From Candidatus Magasanikiibacteriota bacterium (GTDB lineage: Bacteria > Patescibacteriota > Patescibacteriia > Magasanikbacterales > GWA2-37-8), in the NCBI GenBank assembly GCA_963802255.1, contig CAWDHY010000001.1:171842-235841 (forward strand): a stretch of DNA of 64,000 bases, written 5' to 3'. The first letter of the stretch is position 1. Each line of letters opens with the position of its first letter. The notes beneath the pieces were generated by a model, which had not been told where the DNA came from, made no database searches, and was given only the letters and a program-made list of their open reading frames with translations. Position numbers and translations under genes: made by a program. Of the stretch, positions 42,360 through 52,751 are shown one piece after another.

Positions 42360-43493
42360 TTATAGCACATTATTATATACCTCTAAAGTCGCTTTGGCAG
42401 TTTTATCCCACGAGTAATTGTGGATAAGTTGAACACCGTTTTTACTCAATGTTTCGCGCAGATTTTGGTCAGTCAGACCGCGCCAAATCGTAGCGGCCAT
42501 ATCCTCGTGATTATGTGGATTAAAATATGCGGCCGCTTTGTTCATAACCTCCGGCAAGCACGCGGCGTTTGATGAAACGACCGGTATGCCGTATTGCATG
42601 GCTTCAAGAGGCGGGATACCAAAACCTTCATAAAAAGAAGGAAACACATAGAGCGAAGCGTTCTTATAGAGTGATGGCAATTCATTTTCCGGCACATAAC
42701 CGGTAAATATTATTTCGGCCGGACCTATTTCCCGTTCAAGTTTTTCGTAAAAGAAATTTTTTTGTCCCGCCAGTACAAGTTGGTAATCATTTCCATACTG
42801 ACTACAAAAAATATTCCATGCCTTAATGAGGCCATCCAAATTTTTATGCGGAAAAGCAGCGCCGACATAAAGCACATATGGTTTAGTAATTTTAGAAAAG
42901 ATACCTGCATTGCTGTTCCCATGACCGCCTTCGTCGGTTGAATGATGATATAGAATATCTATAGGCGCCGGGGCTAAATGCGTTACCGTGATTTTTTCCG
43001 GTTTAATATTAAAATTTTTAATTATGTCTTGCTTGGTAAATTCGCTTGGTGCAATAATTTGTTTGGAATTTTTAACGGCATTAAGCAAAACGATCCGATA
43101 GGCCAAATTTTTAAAAAAATACGAGATTGGTCCGAGCGTACTCGCAGAGCGGGTGGAATAGTGGAGTAAAAGCAGATCATGTATTGTCGCTACAAAAGGC
43201 CGGCGGTAAAAAAGTGGAATATTCCAATGCGGGAAGTGCATTAAATTTACATTTTCACGTTTGATAATTTTTGATAAAAACATCTGTTCGCGCCAGCCGT
43301 ACCAATGAATGTCGGCGAGAACTTTTTTGACTTTTGGCGTTTCAGCCACCAAATCCCAATTTTCTTTACGCAAAAAAATAACAAATTTGTGAGTTTGGTT
43401 ATAAGCAGTCAGATGACTGATGAGTTGTTCCACATACCGTCCGATGCCGCCTTGTTTGGAACCGAGCATGCGGGCGTCAATGCCGATAATCAT
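42360..43493 (-). CDS. glycosyltransferase family 4 (GT-B fold, group 1)
   Basis: C-terminal Glycos_transf_1 motif YVFPSFYEGFGIPPLEAMQYGIPVVSSNAACLPEV. Start taken at MIIGIDARML (43493), which forms an ATGA overlap with the stop of the upstream fragment. The ORF track extends to 43523. Confidence 0.8.
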   Translation of the reverse strand: MIIGIDARMLGSKQGGIGRYVEQLISHLTAYNQTHKFVIFLRKENWDLVAETPKVKKVLADIHWYGWREQMFLSKIIKRENVNLMHFPHWNIPLFYRRPFVATIHDLLLLHYSTRSASTLGPISYFFKNLAYRIVLLNAVKNSKQIIAPSEFTKQDIIKNFNIKPEKITVTHLAPAPIDILYHHSTDEGGHGNSNAGIFSKITKPYVLYVGAAFPHKNLDGLIKAWNIFCSQYGNDYQLVLAGQKNFFYEKLEREIGPAEIIFTGYVPENELPSLYKNASLYVFPSFYEGFGIPPLEAMQYGIPVVSSNAACLPEVMNKAAAYFNPHNHEDMAATIWRGLTDQNLRETLSKNGVQLIHNYSWDKTAKATLEVYNNVL

Positions 43494-44728
43494 ATGCTTA
43501 AGTTTGCGACAACTGACAGCCACTTTTCCGCTGCCTGCTGCCAGGAAAATTTTACGGCTTGTTTCAGCCCCATTTGAGCGTGTAAATTATGTAATTTTTG
43601 TTTAGTCAAGAATTCATTCATGGCGAGCGCGATTTGTTCGGGACGGGTCGGGTCTATCAAATATGCAGCCGTTCCTGCAACTTCAGGTAGAGAAGACCGG
43701 TTTGATGTAATAACAGGCGTATTTGCCAGCATCGCCTCAAGTACAGGAAAACCAAAACCTTCATACAAACTCGGATAAACAAAGATGTCCGCTTTGCCGT
43801 AGAGTGCTGATTTGTCTTCAGGCGCAATAAAGCCGATGAGTTTGATTTTATCAGCATATTTTGAATTTTCAATTCTGGCGAATATTTCCTTATTTTTCCA
43901 TCCCGGAGCGCCGGCAATCACCAAATGATGTGAATATTACAGAAGAACAAAGCTGTTCAAATGCGCTGATCAGCCCGATAATATTTTTACGTGGCTCAAT
44001 AGTCCCGAGAAATAATAATAAATTTTTCCGGCAAACTGTATTTTTTTTCAATTTCTTCACTGCTCGCGCTATTTTTTGCCTCATTTATCCCGGGGTAAAT
44101 TACTGAAATTTTTTCAGAAGCAATTTTATAATAATCAACAATGTCACGTTTTGTATTTTCCGAAGGAGTAATTATCACATCAGCGCGTCGAAGCTGTAGT
44201 TTTCGGGGCAACCGCCTTATGCCACCAATATTGTTTACGCGTAGAAAATTCAGGAAAAAAATTAAAAGACAGATCATGAACCGTAAGAATTGATTTAGTT
44301 TTTCGCGATAGTGAAGTAAAATTTAAATTAGGGGAAAAGAAAATATCACTTTTACAAATTTTATCCAGGCGCGGATATTAAGCAGTCTCATGGAGGCATT
44401 GAAAATCTTATTCGGAAAATGTTTAGCCACGATTCTGACATTGTCATAATTCCATTTTGGGATGGCGCCGGAGACATCGTCCCAGGAATTATAAAATAAA
44501 AAATATTGATTGTCTCCGGTCGATTCGCAAAATGGCGTTAAGAAGTTCGTAGGTGTATTCACCGACACCGGTTCGCGGTGTAGTCATCAGCGGGCGAATG
44601 TCAATGCCGATGTTCATAAGATGGCGGGTTGATGCCGACTTGTTTTTAAATTCTTCAAATTTGCAGTCGATAAATTTTTGAATTTTCTCTTTAAAGTTTA
44701 TTGCGTCAAATTGTTTGGCATGGCTCAC
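43490..44728 (-). pseudogene. glycosyltransferase family 4 gene disrupted by multiple frameshifts
   Basis: Five ORF fragments in different frames tile one GT4. N-terminus IGIDIRPLMTTPRTGVGEYTYELL (44489-44728). Middle LLFLGTIEPRKNIIGLISAFEQL (43890-44084). C-terminus VYPSLYEGFGFPVLEAMLANTPVITSNRSSLPEV (43490-43924). Confidence 0.5.
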
Positions 44729-45740
44729 AGATTAAACTGCTGTCCCAATTTTCAAAATTAAATTTAGACACTGCGTCAAACAGCGATTCCCAGCTTTGGT
44801 CTTTGAAAAAAATGCCGGTTTGATTTTCTAGAATTGTTTCAGTGGCACCGCCCTCCTGATAGGCAATGACCGGCCTGCCGCTCGCCATCGCTTCGACGGC
44901 CGTGATGCCGAAATCTTCCGTTTGCGGATTGATGAAAGCGCGCGCACGGCTCAAAATTTCGGTTTTTTCCTGTTCGCTTATTGCTCCTAAAAATTCAATA
45001 TTCGGCCGGGCATGCTTTTTTAAATCGTTCGAGTTCCGGGCCGGTACCGAAAATTTTTAATGGCTGATTCGTAGATCGGTTGAATGCGGCAACCAAAATA
45101 TCAAATCTTTTGTATGGCACGAGCCTGCCGCCAGAGACAAAATAATCACCGATATCTTTCGATAATTTTGTATTTGTTTGTTTCAATCGGGGGATGGATT
45201 ATTTCGGATTCGCGCCTGTAATATTTGCGGATTCTTTGTTCAACCGTACGTGAATTGGCGATAAAATGGTCTACGCGGTCTGCGCTCATTTTGTCCCACA
45301 AGACGCAATCCATGCAGAATATTTGGCAGAAATGCTTTGATAAGCGGAGAATGATTTAATTCAGATATATATTCCGTTGAATCCGCCCAAAGATATCGCG
45401 GCGGTGTATGGCAATAGGAAACATGTAGCGTTCCGGGCGGAGTTATTACACCTTTGGCAAAAGCGCTGGTGGAAGATAATACTACATCAAAATCACGCAG
45501 ATCATGATGTTCGGTCGCAGATGGCATCCAGGGCAGATACCATTGAAAAGCGGACCGGACAAATGGCATTTTAGAAAGAAATGATTCTTTAATTTTCTCC
45601 CGGTCGAAATATGTAATTTTTTTCTTATCATGAAACAAAACAAAAATTGGCGCCTCTGGCCAAATTTCGTGGAGGGATTTCAAAACTCGCTCCGCCCCTC
45701 CGTCTTGCGAGAGATAATCGTGTACTAGGGCGATTTTCAT
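44706..45740 (-). pseudogene. second glycosyltransferase family 4 gene disrupted by frameshifts
   Basis: Three fragments. N-terminus MKIALVHDYLSQDGGAERV (45240-45740). Middle GGRLVPYKRFDILVAAFNR..LKIFGTGPE (44995-45186). C-terminus FGITAVEAMASGRPVIAYQEGGATETI (44706-44954). Confidence 0.5.
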
Positions 45741-45743
45741 ATT

Positions 45744-47163
45744 TTACCAGGCTCCCTTTCGCCGAAAAACAACAAAAGGAGTTTTAATCAAAATGATGAG
45801 ATCGATTAACAAATTCCAATTTTCAATATAGAAAGCGTCTAATTTTACTTCGTCTTCAAAATTCAAGTCGCTTCGGCCGGATATTTGAGCCATGCCGGTA
45901 ATGCCGGGCTTAATCGCTAGAACAATTTTATGATGTTTTTCGTATTTCTCAACTTCCCGAGGCTGGTGCGGTCGCGGTCCAACCAAACTCATCTGTCCGA
46001 TAAATACATTCCAAAATTGTGGCAATTCATCAATGCTCCATTTACGGATAAAACGGCCGAATTTTGAGACGCGCGGATCGTTGGCAATTTTATAAACAGG
46101 CCCTTCTTTTATGCTATTTTTTTCAATTAATTCTTCTTCTTGTTTTAGTGCTTCTTCTCCGGATTCGCCAAATTGCCGGCCGGTACAATCATTTTGAAAC
46201 ATTGAACGGAATTTTAAAGTAAAAAAATGCTTTCCAAATGCGCCGACACGCTCATTCTTATAAAGACATAGGTCGTCCGGTTTCAAGCAGAATTATTATT
46301 GAGACGATAAGGTAAATTGGAGAAAAAATAATCAATAAAATTAAACTGCCGACGATATCAAACAAGCGTTTGAAAACTCGGCCCCAGCCCGCCAGACGAG
46401 TCCGGCGAAGCTCAACAATCGGCACGCCGGCGATCGTTGTTATTGTCATATTTGATGAAATGGTCGCAAACAGGTCAGCTGAATATTTGAATGCAATATT
46501 GTGATCATTCGCGAAATCGATTGCTTTAAAAGCTTCGTCTTCATTTGCTTTCGGATCGGTAAAAATTATTTCATCGGGCTTGAGCGCCACAATTTGCGAA
46601 ATAGCTCCTGTATCAAAATGGGCGAAGTTTCCCACCAATTTGAAACCGGCATTTGTGTTTTTTTCCAAGGATTTTTTAATTGCGTCAGCCACCGCTTGCG
46701 TGCCGATTATTACTGTGCGTCGCAAGCCAATGCCGATACGATAAAGCAAAAGTTTTACAGCCAAAATTATCAGTCGACCGAGAAAAACATATACAATCGC
46801 CAAAAGCCAGCCGACTAAAACTAAAAATCGCGAATCAAATTTTTGTAAAGTAAAAAAAACATAAATGGTAATTCCGGCAAATCCGGTAGAGCAGGCAAAA
46901 ATGATGCGGGGCAGGTCACGGGCCATTTTTCGCGCCTGAGAAGTGCTGTATAAGCCGGCTAAAGCAAAAATAACAACCCAGACGGCGGCAACAAGAAAGA
47001 CAACCGGCCAATATTTATTCCAAGGTATGTTAAAAAGAATTGGCCGTATATCGCGCATGTATTCGGTGAAGCGCAGTGTGTAAGCCGTAAAGCCGGCGAG
47101 CGCTATGGCGCAAAAATCAAGCGGTACTTGCAGGACGGCAAAGGTTAATTCAAATTTTTTCAT
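45744..47163 (-). pseudogene. WbaP/PglC-type polyprenyl-phosphate sugar phosphotransferase, split by one frameshift
   Basis: N-terminal part (46258-47163) has 4-5 TM helices and begins the Bac_transf domain (RLFDIVGSLILLIIFSPIYLIVSIIILLETG). C-terminal part (45744-46286) has [21 protein letters not shown]. The two ORFs overlap in different frames. Confidence 0.55.
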
Positions 47164-47193
47164 GGTAAATAATTTTGTACTTTAATGCCCTGT

Positions 47194-47222
47194 ATTTTAC
47201 GCCATTTACCAACCTGAGTCAA
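47194..47222 (-). promoter_or_regulatory. candidate promoter (TTGACT-17-TAAAAT) for the minus-strand polysaccharide operon
   Basis: Minus strand: ttgact (47222-47217), 17-nt spacer, taaaat (47199-47194), ~30 nt upstream of the ATG at 47163. Confidence 0.35.
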
Positions 47223-47253
47223 TTTGTCAAACACTGATATTTTCGTTGCAGGG

Positions 47254-47282
47254 TTGACAAAACAGCTAAAATGTGCTATATT
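47254..47282 (+). promoter_or_regulatory. promoter of rnpB (TTGACA-17-TATATT)
   Basis: ttgaca 47254-47259, 17-nt spacer, tatatt 47277-47282. Predicted TSS coincides with the P1 5' end at ~47288. Confidence 0.45.
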
Positions 47283-47287
47283 AATAT

Positions 47288-47665
47288 GGTTCATTACAAG
47301 CAATCGCTGTGTATTTATACATGGAGGAAAGTCCGAACACGCCTCAGCCATAGGGGCTGAGAGCAGGGTAGCGGGTAACGCCCGTCGGGAGTGATCCCAG
47401 AGGTGCGAGCAGAGACGTCTTTGGTTGAAAAGCCAAAGAGAGCAAACCCCCAAATTTGTGTTAATCATAAATGAGCTTAGTCCTCGATCAAGGGGATAAA
47501 AGATCAGGGGTGAAACGGCAAAATCCTTACCTGCGTGCAAGAGCAGAGTCAGCCCTGGGCTGATAAAAAGTTCGCTCGCTTGAGCTGTTTGGCAACAAAC
47601 AGCCTAGAGAAATGATTGCTGTCCCGCTTAGCGGGATTACAAAATTCGGCTTATTATAATGAACA
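47288..47665 (+). ncRNA. rnpB: RNase P RNA, bacterial type A
   Basis: P4 5' strand GGAGGAAAGUCCG. GGUAACGCCCG (compare E. coli GGUAACGCCUGGG). AGAGAGCAAACC. P15-P18 region GAUCAGGGGUGAAACGG. 3' ACAAAAUUCGGCUUAU (P4 3' strand). P1 pairing guucauua / uaaugaac. ~378 nt. Confidence 0.85.
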
Positions 47666-47673
47666 AACCAAAA

Positions 47674-47693
47674 ACTCCCGAAAGGGAGTTTTT
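47674..47693 (+). terminator. Rho-independent terminator after rnpB
   Basis: ctccc-gaaa-gggag followed by ttttt. Confidence 0.55.
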
Positions 47694-47770
47694 GTGTTTT
47701 GGAGACAAGATATTTGTCAGATTGTCATTGGGGGGGGTATAATATGGATGTTAATTATTGTCATAATAGT

Positions 47771-48283
47771 ATGTCAGAAAAAAATAATTATTTTCCAAAG
47801 AAGGCTTACGAGGAAACGGAAAATAAATTTGCGACGGAAACAGCGGCAAAAGATGCTAGCTTCGTACCAAAAGAAAAATATGCACAAGCGGAAAAAGAGT
47901 TTGCAAAGGACGAACAACCCGAACTTCGCGCAGACATATTAGAGCGGAAACAGCAAGCGCGAAAAGAGCGTGCAGAGGATAAAAAATCCGAACTCTTTGA
48001 TGATATATTAGATTGGAAAAAACGAGTCGAGGATTATTTAGATTCAATCACTGTCGAATCTGTTAAGAAAGATCCGCATAGTGTCGTGGATCTTTTTAGT
48101 GGCCATCATACTCTAACTTGGCAGGATGGTCAAAAATTATTAGATAGGGCAAAGAGAGGAAAAGATGAAGACGCACTGAACGAGATACGTGCCGTATTCG
48201 GTAAATGGAATGAGAAAGGCCGTGAGGTTTACAATGATAAAAAATATACCCGATATCTGGAAGATGTGAGCTGGCCAAGATAG
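47771..48283 (+). CDS. hypothetical charged protein
   Basis: ORF open from TTG at 47699. A TATAAT box at 47738-47743 argues for a start at ATG 47771 (MSEKNNYF); an alternative ATG is at 47744. K/E-rich, no recognisable motif. Confidence 0.4.
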   Translation: MSEKNNYFPKKAYEETENKFATETAAKDASFVPKEKYAQAEKEFAKDEQPELRADILERKQQARKERAEDKKSELFDDILDWKKRVEDYLDSITVESVKKDPHSVVDLFSGHHTLTWQDGQKLLDRAKRGKDEDALNEIRAVFGKWNEKGREVYNDKKYTRYLEDVSWPR

Positions 48284-48317
48284 AAAATTAATGAAAGCGG
48301 GATTGATGTTATGTCAA

Positions 48318-48348
48318 AAACCACCAGCCCAAGGCTGGTGGTTTTTTT
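48318..48348. terminator. Rho-independent terminator (bidirectional, also ends rnj)
   Basis: ccaccagcc-caa-ggctggtgg followed by ttttttt. Confidence 0.6.
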
Positions 48349-48385
48349 GTTTTCTGGATTCTCGCCTGCGCGGGAAAGACAATTT

Positions 48386-50179
48386 TTATACTTCAATTAC
48401 TACTGGGAGGACCATAGGTCGTTTTTCAGTTTTTGTAAACAGAAATTGTCCGACATAATCCCGGATTTTATTTTTGATATTATTAGTATCAGCCCAGGAA
48501 AGCGGGTCGGAATCATGAATCAGTTTTCTTACCCGATGCCGTAAGTCCTCAATTAATTCCTTATTTTCCTTTAAGAAAACAAATCCGCGCGAAATGATGT
48601 CCGGATTTTGAATCAATTGCCCGGTTTTAGAATCAACCGTGGCAATGACCACAATCATCCCGTCTTCAGCCAGTACTTGGCGGTCGCGAAGCACCACATT
48701 TGTTTCATCGGAAACGCCCAAGCCGTCCACAAACACATAGTCGGCCGGCACTTTTTCTTTGGTTAATTTTCCTGTACCGCGGAAAAATTCCATCACCTGT
48801 CCGTTGTCAGCGATAAAAATATTTTCTTTGGGCGTGCCGATAGATTCTGCCACGCGGGCATTGTAATGCAAGAGAAAATGATTCCCTTCAATTGGCACAA
48901 AATATTTCGGGTTGAGCAGGCGAATCATCAATTTAACATCATCGGCTTTTGCGTGTCCGCCGGCATGCACGTCCATCATTTGATAGTGAATCACTTCAGC
49001 ACCTTTTCTGAAAAGAGTATCTTTCAGGCGTTGAACCGTCCGCTCATTGCCCGGGATTACTGATGAAGAAAATACCACCGTGTCACCAGGTACAAGTTTA
49101 ATCGTACGGTGTTCACCGTTTGCAATGCGCATTAGTGAAGCATTTTTTTCGCCTTGCGCGCCCGTACACATTACCACCACCTTGTTATCCGGGTAATCAC
49201 TGATTTTGTGCAATTCAATCAATGTTTTTGGGTTGAATTTCATATAACCCAGCTCCTTTGCGATGGCGATGTTGCTTTTCATGGAAAATCCGTCTAATGC
49301 AACCACCTTGCCTTGCCGTTCGCAAATTTCAATAATTTGACGAATACGGGAAAGCAGAGAAGCGAAAGTGCCAATAATCAAACGGCCGGGAGCTTTTGTG
49401 ACAATGTCTTCCAAATTGGAACTAATTTCTGATTCAGACATCTGATGTCCGAGCTGTGAAGCATTGGTGGAATCGGAAAGCAGAGCCAGTACACCGGCCG
49501 CGCCGATTTGGGCGATGCGTTGCAGATCAGCGGGTGGTTCACCAACCGGTTGATAATCAAATTTCCAGTCGCCCGAATGGACGATTGTTCCTTCCGGAGT
49601 ATGCACCACGATGCCCATTGAGTCGGGGATGTTATGATTTAAATGGAAAAATTCCAATTCAAATGAGCCAAGACGTAATTTATCGTTTAGCGTGATATTG
49701 TGGATATTAAGCGGTTTGAGATTTTTGTAATCATCCTGACGCTTTTTTATTATCGCCGTAGTCAGAGGCAACCCGTAAATTGGCGGATAGCCTAGTTCAG
49801 GAATCAAGTGCGGGATTCCTCCAATGTGATCATAATGCGCGTGAGTGATAATCACACCGCGTATATTTTTTTCTTTTCCTTTCAGATAGCCGATGTTGGG
49901 AATAATGTAATCAATTCCGGGCATATCTTCCTCGGGAAATTGCAGTCCCATATCAATAATAATAATGTCGCCATTATATTCAATCATGGTGCAATTCCGT
50001 CCGACTTCTTCAAGTCCGCCAAGTACGGCAACGCGAAGTTTAGTTTCCGTACTGCGGAAACGTGAAAATGACTGACGGTGCTGTCCGCTAGAGGCCGTTG
50101 GTTTATCACGGCGCCGTGTTTCATAAGTGCGACGATTACGATTACCGCCGGTTTTTTGCTGAGTTAAACGTGAAATCAT
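48386..50179 (-). CDS. rnj: ribonuclease J (beta-CASP metallo-beta-lactamase RNase)
   Basis: 597 aa. Arg-rich N-terminal extension, then the RNase J core: KLRVAVLGGLEEVGRNCTMIEYNGDIIIIDMG, HxHxDH motif VIITHAHYDHIGG, beta-CASP and C-terminal domains. Confidence 0.9.
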   Translation of the reverse strand: MISRLTQQKTGGNRNRRTYETRRRDKPTASSGQHRQSFSRFRSTETKLRVAVLGGLEEVGRNCTMIEYNGDIIIIDMGLQFPEEDMPGIDYIIPNIGYLKGKEKNIRGVIITHAHYDHIGGIPHLIPELGYPPIYGLPLTTAIIKKRQDDYKNLKPLNIHNITLNDKLRLGSFELEFFHLNHNIPDSMGIVVHTPEGTIVHSGDWKFDYQPVGEPPADLQRIAQIGAAGVLALLSDSTNASQLGHQMSESEISSNLEDIVTKAPGRLIIGTFASLLSRIRQIIEICERQGKVVALDGFSMKSNIAIAKELGYMKFNPKTLIELHKISDYPDNKVVVMCTGAQGEKNASLMRIANGEHRTIKLVPGDTVVFSSSVIPGNERTVQRLKDTLFRKGAEVIHYQMMDVHAGGHAKADDVKLMIRLLNPKYFVPIEGNHFLLHYNARVAESIGTPKENIFIADNGQVMEFFRGTGKLTKEKVPADYVFVDGLGVSDETNVVLRDRQVLAEDGMIVVIATVDSKTGQLIQNPDIISRGFVFLKENKELIEDLRHRVRKLIHDSDPLSWADTNNIKNKIRDYVGQFLFTKTEKRPMVLPVVIEV

Positions 50180-50332
50180 AAATAGATTCTTGTGCGAATT
50201 ATTTTCGCTGATTTTTTTAATTAATAAAAATAGAAGAAAGATAATCCCGTTTCGACGTGCGGAATTATTTTTATTTTTTTGATGCTTTGTACCGCGCGAT
50301 GATTTACGCGGCGACTACAATGCTTGACATTG

Positions 50333-50414
50333 TGCGGACGGAGAGATTTGAACTCTCATGGATTGCTCCATACGCTTCTGAGACGTACGCGTATACCAGT
50401 TCCGCCACGTCCGC
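50333..50414 (-). tRNA. tRNA-Leu (anticodon CAG), class II with long variable arm
   Basis: Minus-strand sequence GCGGACG-UG-GCG-GAACUGGUAUA-CGC-G-UACGU-CUCAGAA-GCGUA-UGGAGCAAUCCAU-GAGAG-UUCAAAU-CUCUC-CGUCCGC-A. 7-bp acceptor, anticodon loop CU-CAG-AA, 13-nt variable arm, canonical T-loop. CCA not encoded. Confidence 0.85.
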
Positions 50415-50423
50415 AAAGTTTTT

Positions 50424-52361
50424 TTATTTCCAACCCCAATGGGTTTTAATATACCATTTGTTTAAGCTGTTAAAACGATCGGCGGGAGAATATGCATTGC
50501 CGATGTCAACACCTTTCACTTCTTTATCAATTAAGTATTCATAACTCGGCGCGTAAAGAAATATCGCCGGCATTGCTTTTGACAAAGTGTCTTGAAATTC
50601 ATGATAAATTTTTTCTCTTGCTGCCGGGTCGGTGGCAAGTCGCGCATCCTCCAATAATTTATCCGCTTGACGATCTGAATACATTGCCAGATTTAAACCC
50701 GGATATTCAGTTTGCGATGAATGCCAGAAAGGATATGGATCAGGATCATCTCCGATAATTTCTCCATATAATAAAATTTCATATTTACGACCCTTTAGAA
50801 CATCGCGGCTTATTTGTCGCCCCTGAACAACCTGAACACCGGTTTGCACGCCGATTGCCCGCCACATTAAGGCCAGCGATTCAGCGGCGTTCTGGTATTC
50901 TGGCGTATCAACTGTTGTGATTGTCAGTGAAAGAACTTCGCCTTTTTTATTTCTGTAAAAAGTTTGGTCCGGTCTCATGCTGGCGCGGACAATTTCCTCC
51001 ATTTCACGTGTAATATCAGCAGTTATTGTGGAAGAATTTGCCATGAAATCTTCGTCATTTTTTACTGCTTCAATGCGTTCTTTTATTGCCGCGTCCCGTT
51101 TAAGCGCAAAATACTCTTCAGGAGTGAGGCGTGGCCATTCTTTATCAAGTAATGCGTTCGCTTCATCAATATTACATTCAATTTTATCTATTTCCGCATC
51201 GTACCCGATAAAACCCGGCAGAATAGGAGCGTCAATTGTTACACCCTGGTCGCCAAGCGCTGATTGCAGAACAATTTTTTTATCAATTGCCTTGGCCAGA
51301 GCCGTCTTCATATCTGCATTTTTCAGGATTGATTGATTATTTTGGTTGAAAAATAAAGCAGTATATTGAGGCAAGCGCAAATTGTAACTTAAAAAGTTTT
51401 TGCCTGCTAATTTTTCGCTCAAATTTCTCGGCAGAAACGCCAGGCCCATAATAACCTTTGCATGCAGGTCGTCCGCCGCTTGCGCAAAATCCTGGTAAAA
51501 TTTAAAAGATATTTTATTGATATATGGTAATTCTCCAAAATAACGGTCATTTCTTTCAAACGTCAAAGTTTCAATGTTTGTTTCATTTTTTACCATCTTT
51601 GAAAATTTCCACGGTCCGGATGACGATTGTGGCTGAAGGTTTTCTTTTGCCAGGCGTAGTGAACTTGGTGGTATTTGACCGAATACATGTTCCGGAATAA
51701 TGCCAATTGACAGACTGCCGGCAAATGGAGCATATGGTTCTTTTAGCGTCAGCTTTATTTCATAATCGTTTATTTTTTCCACAATTACACCGTTGAAAGC
51801 CGGATAAAGCGGACTATTGGTTTCCGGATTTTGAATTGTCTCAAGCGTAAACGCAACGTCATTCGCGGTAATTTTTTCACCGCTTGTCCAAAAAGCGTCT
51901 TCGCGTAATTTAATGTTGTAGGTCTTATTATCATCGCTGATGTTTAAACTCGAAGCAAGTTCCGGTAATAGTTTTTGGTTGGCACCGATTCTAAAAAGGC
52001 GGGCGTAAATAAGCGGCGACAGATCGGCGTCAACGTCATTTGCCGGAGCAAAAATTGGATTAATCAGTTTTGGTTGTCCGATAAGCGCTTCAGTATATTC
52101 TCCACCACTTTTTGGCAATATCTCCCGATGTTTTGGGATTGAAATAATCGCCCAGGCGACAAGAACGGCAAAAATAAAGAAACACAAAAAAACAATTATT
52201 GCTTTTTCCTTTTTTGAAAGAAAACGGCCCAAATAATGCATTTGCGGCCGTGACGGCCAAAAATTACGGCGAAGATTCTTCACCAATTTTTTGTCAAAAT
52301 CACGAACCAATGGTTTTGGCTCCCGATTAAAGAGAGGCTTGAAGATTTTATGCCAATCCAT
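50424..52361 (-). CDS. ABC transporter substrate-binding protein, family 5 (oligopeptide/dipeptide/nickel type), membrane-anchored
   Basis: 645 aa. N-terminal TM anchor. SBP_bac_5-like core (YTEALIGQPKLINP..DNKTYNIKLREDAFWTSGEKITANDVAFTLE..). No permease or ATPase gene adjacent. Confidence 0.7.
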   Translation of the reverse strand: MDWHKIFKPLFNREPKPLVRDFDKKLVKNLRRNFWPSRPQMHYLGRFLSKKEKAIIVFLCFFIFAVLVAWAIISIPKHREILPKSGGEYTEALIGQPKLINPIFAPANDVDADLSPLIYARLFRIGANQKLLPELASSLNISDDNKTYNIKLREDAFWTSGEKITANDVAFTLETIQNPETNSPLYPAFNGVIVEKINDYEIKLTLKEPYAPFAGSLSIGIIPEHVFGQIPPSSLRLAKENLQPQSSSGPWKFSKMVKNETNIETLTFERNDRYFGELPYINKISFKFYQDFAQAADDLHAKVIMGLAFLPRNLSEKLAGKNFLSYNLRLPQYTALFFNQNNQSILKNADMKTALAKAIDKKIVLQSALGDQGVTIDAPILPGFIGYDAEIDKIECNIDEANALLDKEWPRLTPEEYFALKRDAAIKERIEAVKNDEDFMANSSTITADITREMEEIVRASMRPDQTFYRNKKGEVLSLTITTVDTPEYQNAAESLALMWRAIGVQTGVQVVQGRQISRDVLKGRKYEILLYGEIIGDDPDPYPFWHSSQTEYPGLNLAMYSDRQADKLLEDARLATDPAAREKIYHEFQDTLSKAMPAIFLYAPSYEYLIDKEVKGVDIGNAYSPADRFNSLNKWYIKTHWGWK

Positions 52362-52407
52362 GTTTAGGAAAAATTAGAAGAAGCGTCTCGCGACCCGGGG
52401 CGATTGT

Positions 52408-52626
52408 TTAGAAAAAAAGCCGGGCGAGAGATAGACCGAAGAAAAGACAGGCGATGATGATTGTTATGTAAAATAGTGCTTTATCAACGCCACGTTTTGT
52501 ACTGTAGATATTTGAAGAACCGCCGAAAATACCACCTACTCCGGATCCTTTCTGTTGCAACAGAATCACGATTACTAATGAGGTAGACAGTACAATTTGA
52601 ATAATATTGAATAAGCTGGAATTCAT
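52408..52626 (-). CDS. secG: preprotein translocase subunit SecG
   Basis: 72 aa. Two TM helices. LLQQKGSGVGGIFGGSS matches the SecG signature (LLQ.GKG...G..FGGG). Confidence 0.7.
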   Translation of the reverse strand: MNSSLFNIIQIVLSTSLVIVILLQQKGSGVGGIFGGSSNIYSTKRGVDKALFYITIIIACLFFGLSLARLFF

Positions 52627-52751
52627 AATTCGGTGAAGATAAAATCAAGTATAAACAGTATATCATCAATATCGCTGTTTGTCAATGGCGTTGGCTAGTT
52701 ATGCAATTCGTGCTAAAATTAAGTTATTCAAATTTTGTCAGACAATAGTGT

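Noticed and set aside
47160-47942. ORFs 47160-47540 (-) and 47616-47942 (+)
   Set aside because: They overlap the RNase P RNA gene (47288-47665), which is strongly supported by conserved P4/CR motifs. These ORFs are spurious.
50257-50544. 95-aa ORF on the plus strand
   Set aside because: It overlaps the minus-strand tRNA-Leu(CAG) at 50333-50414 and the end of the SBP gene. Composition is not protein-like.
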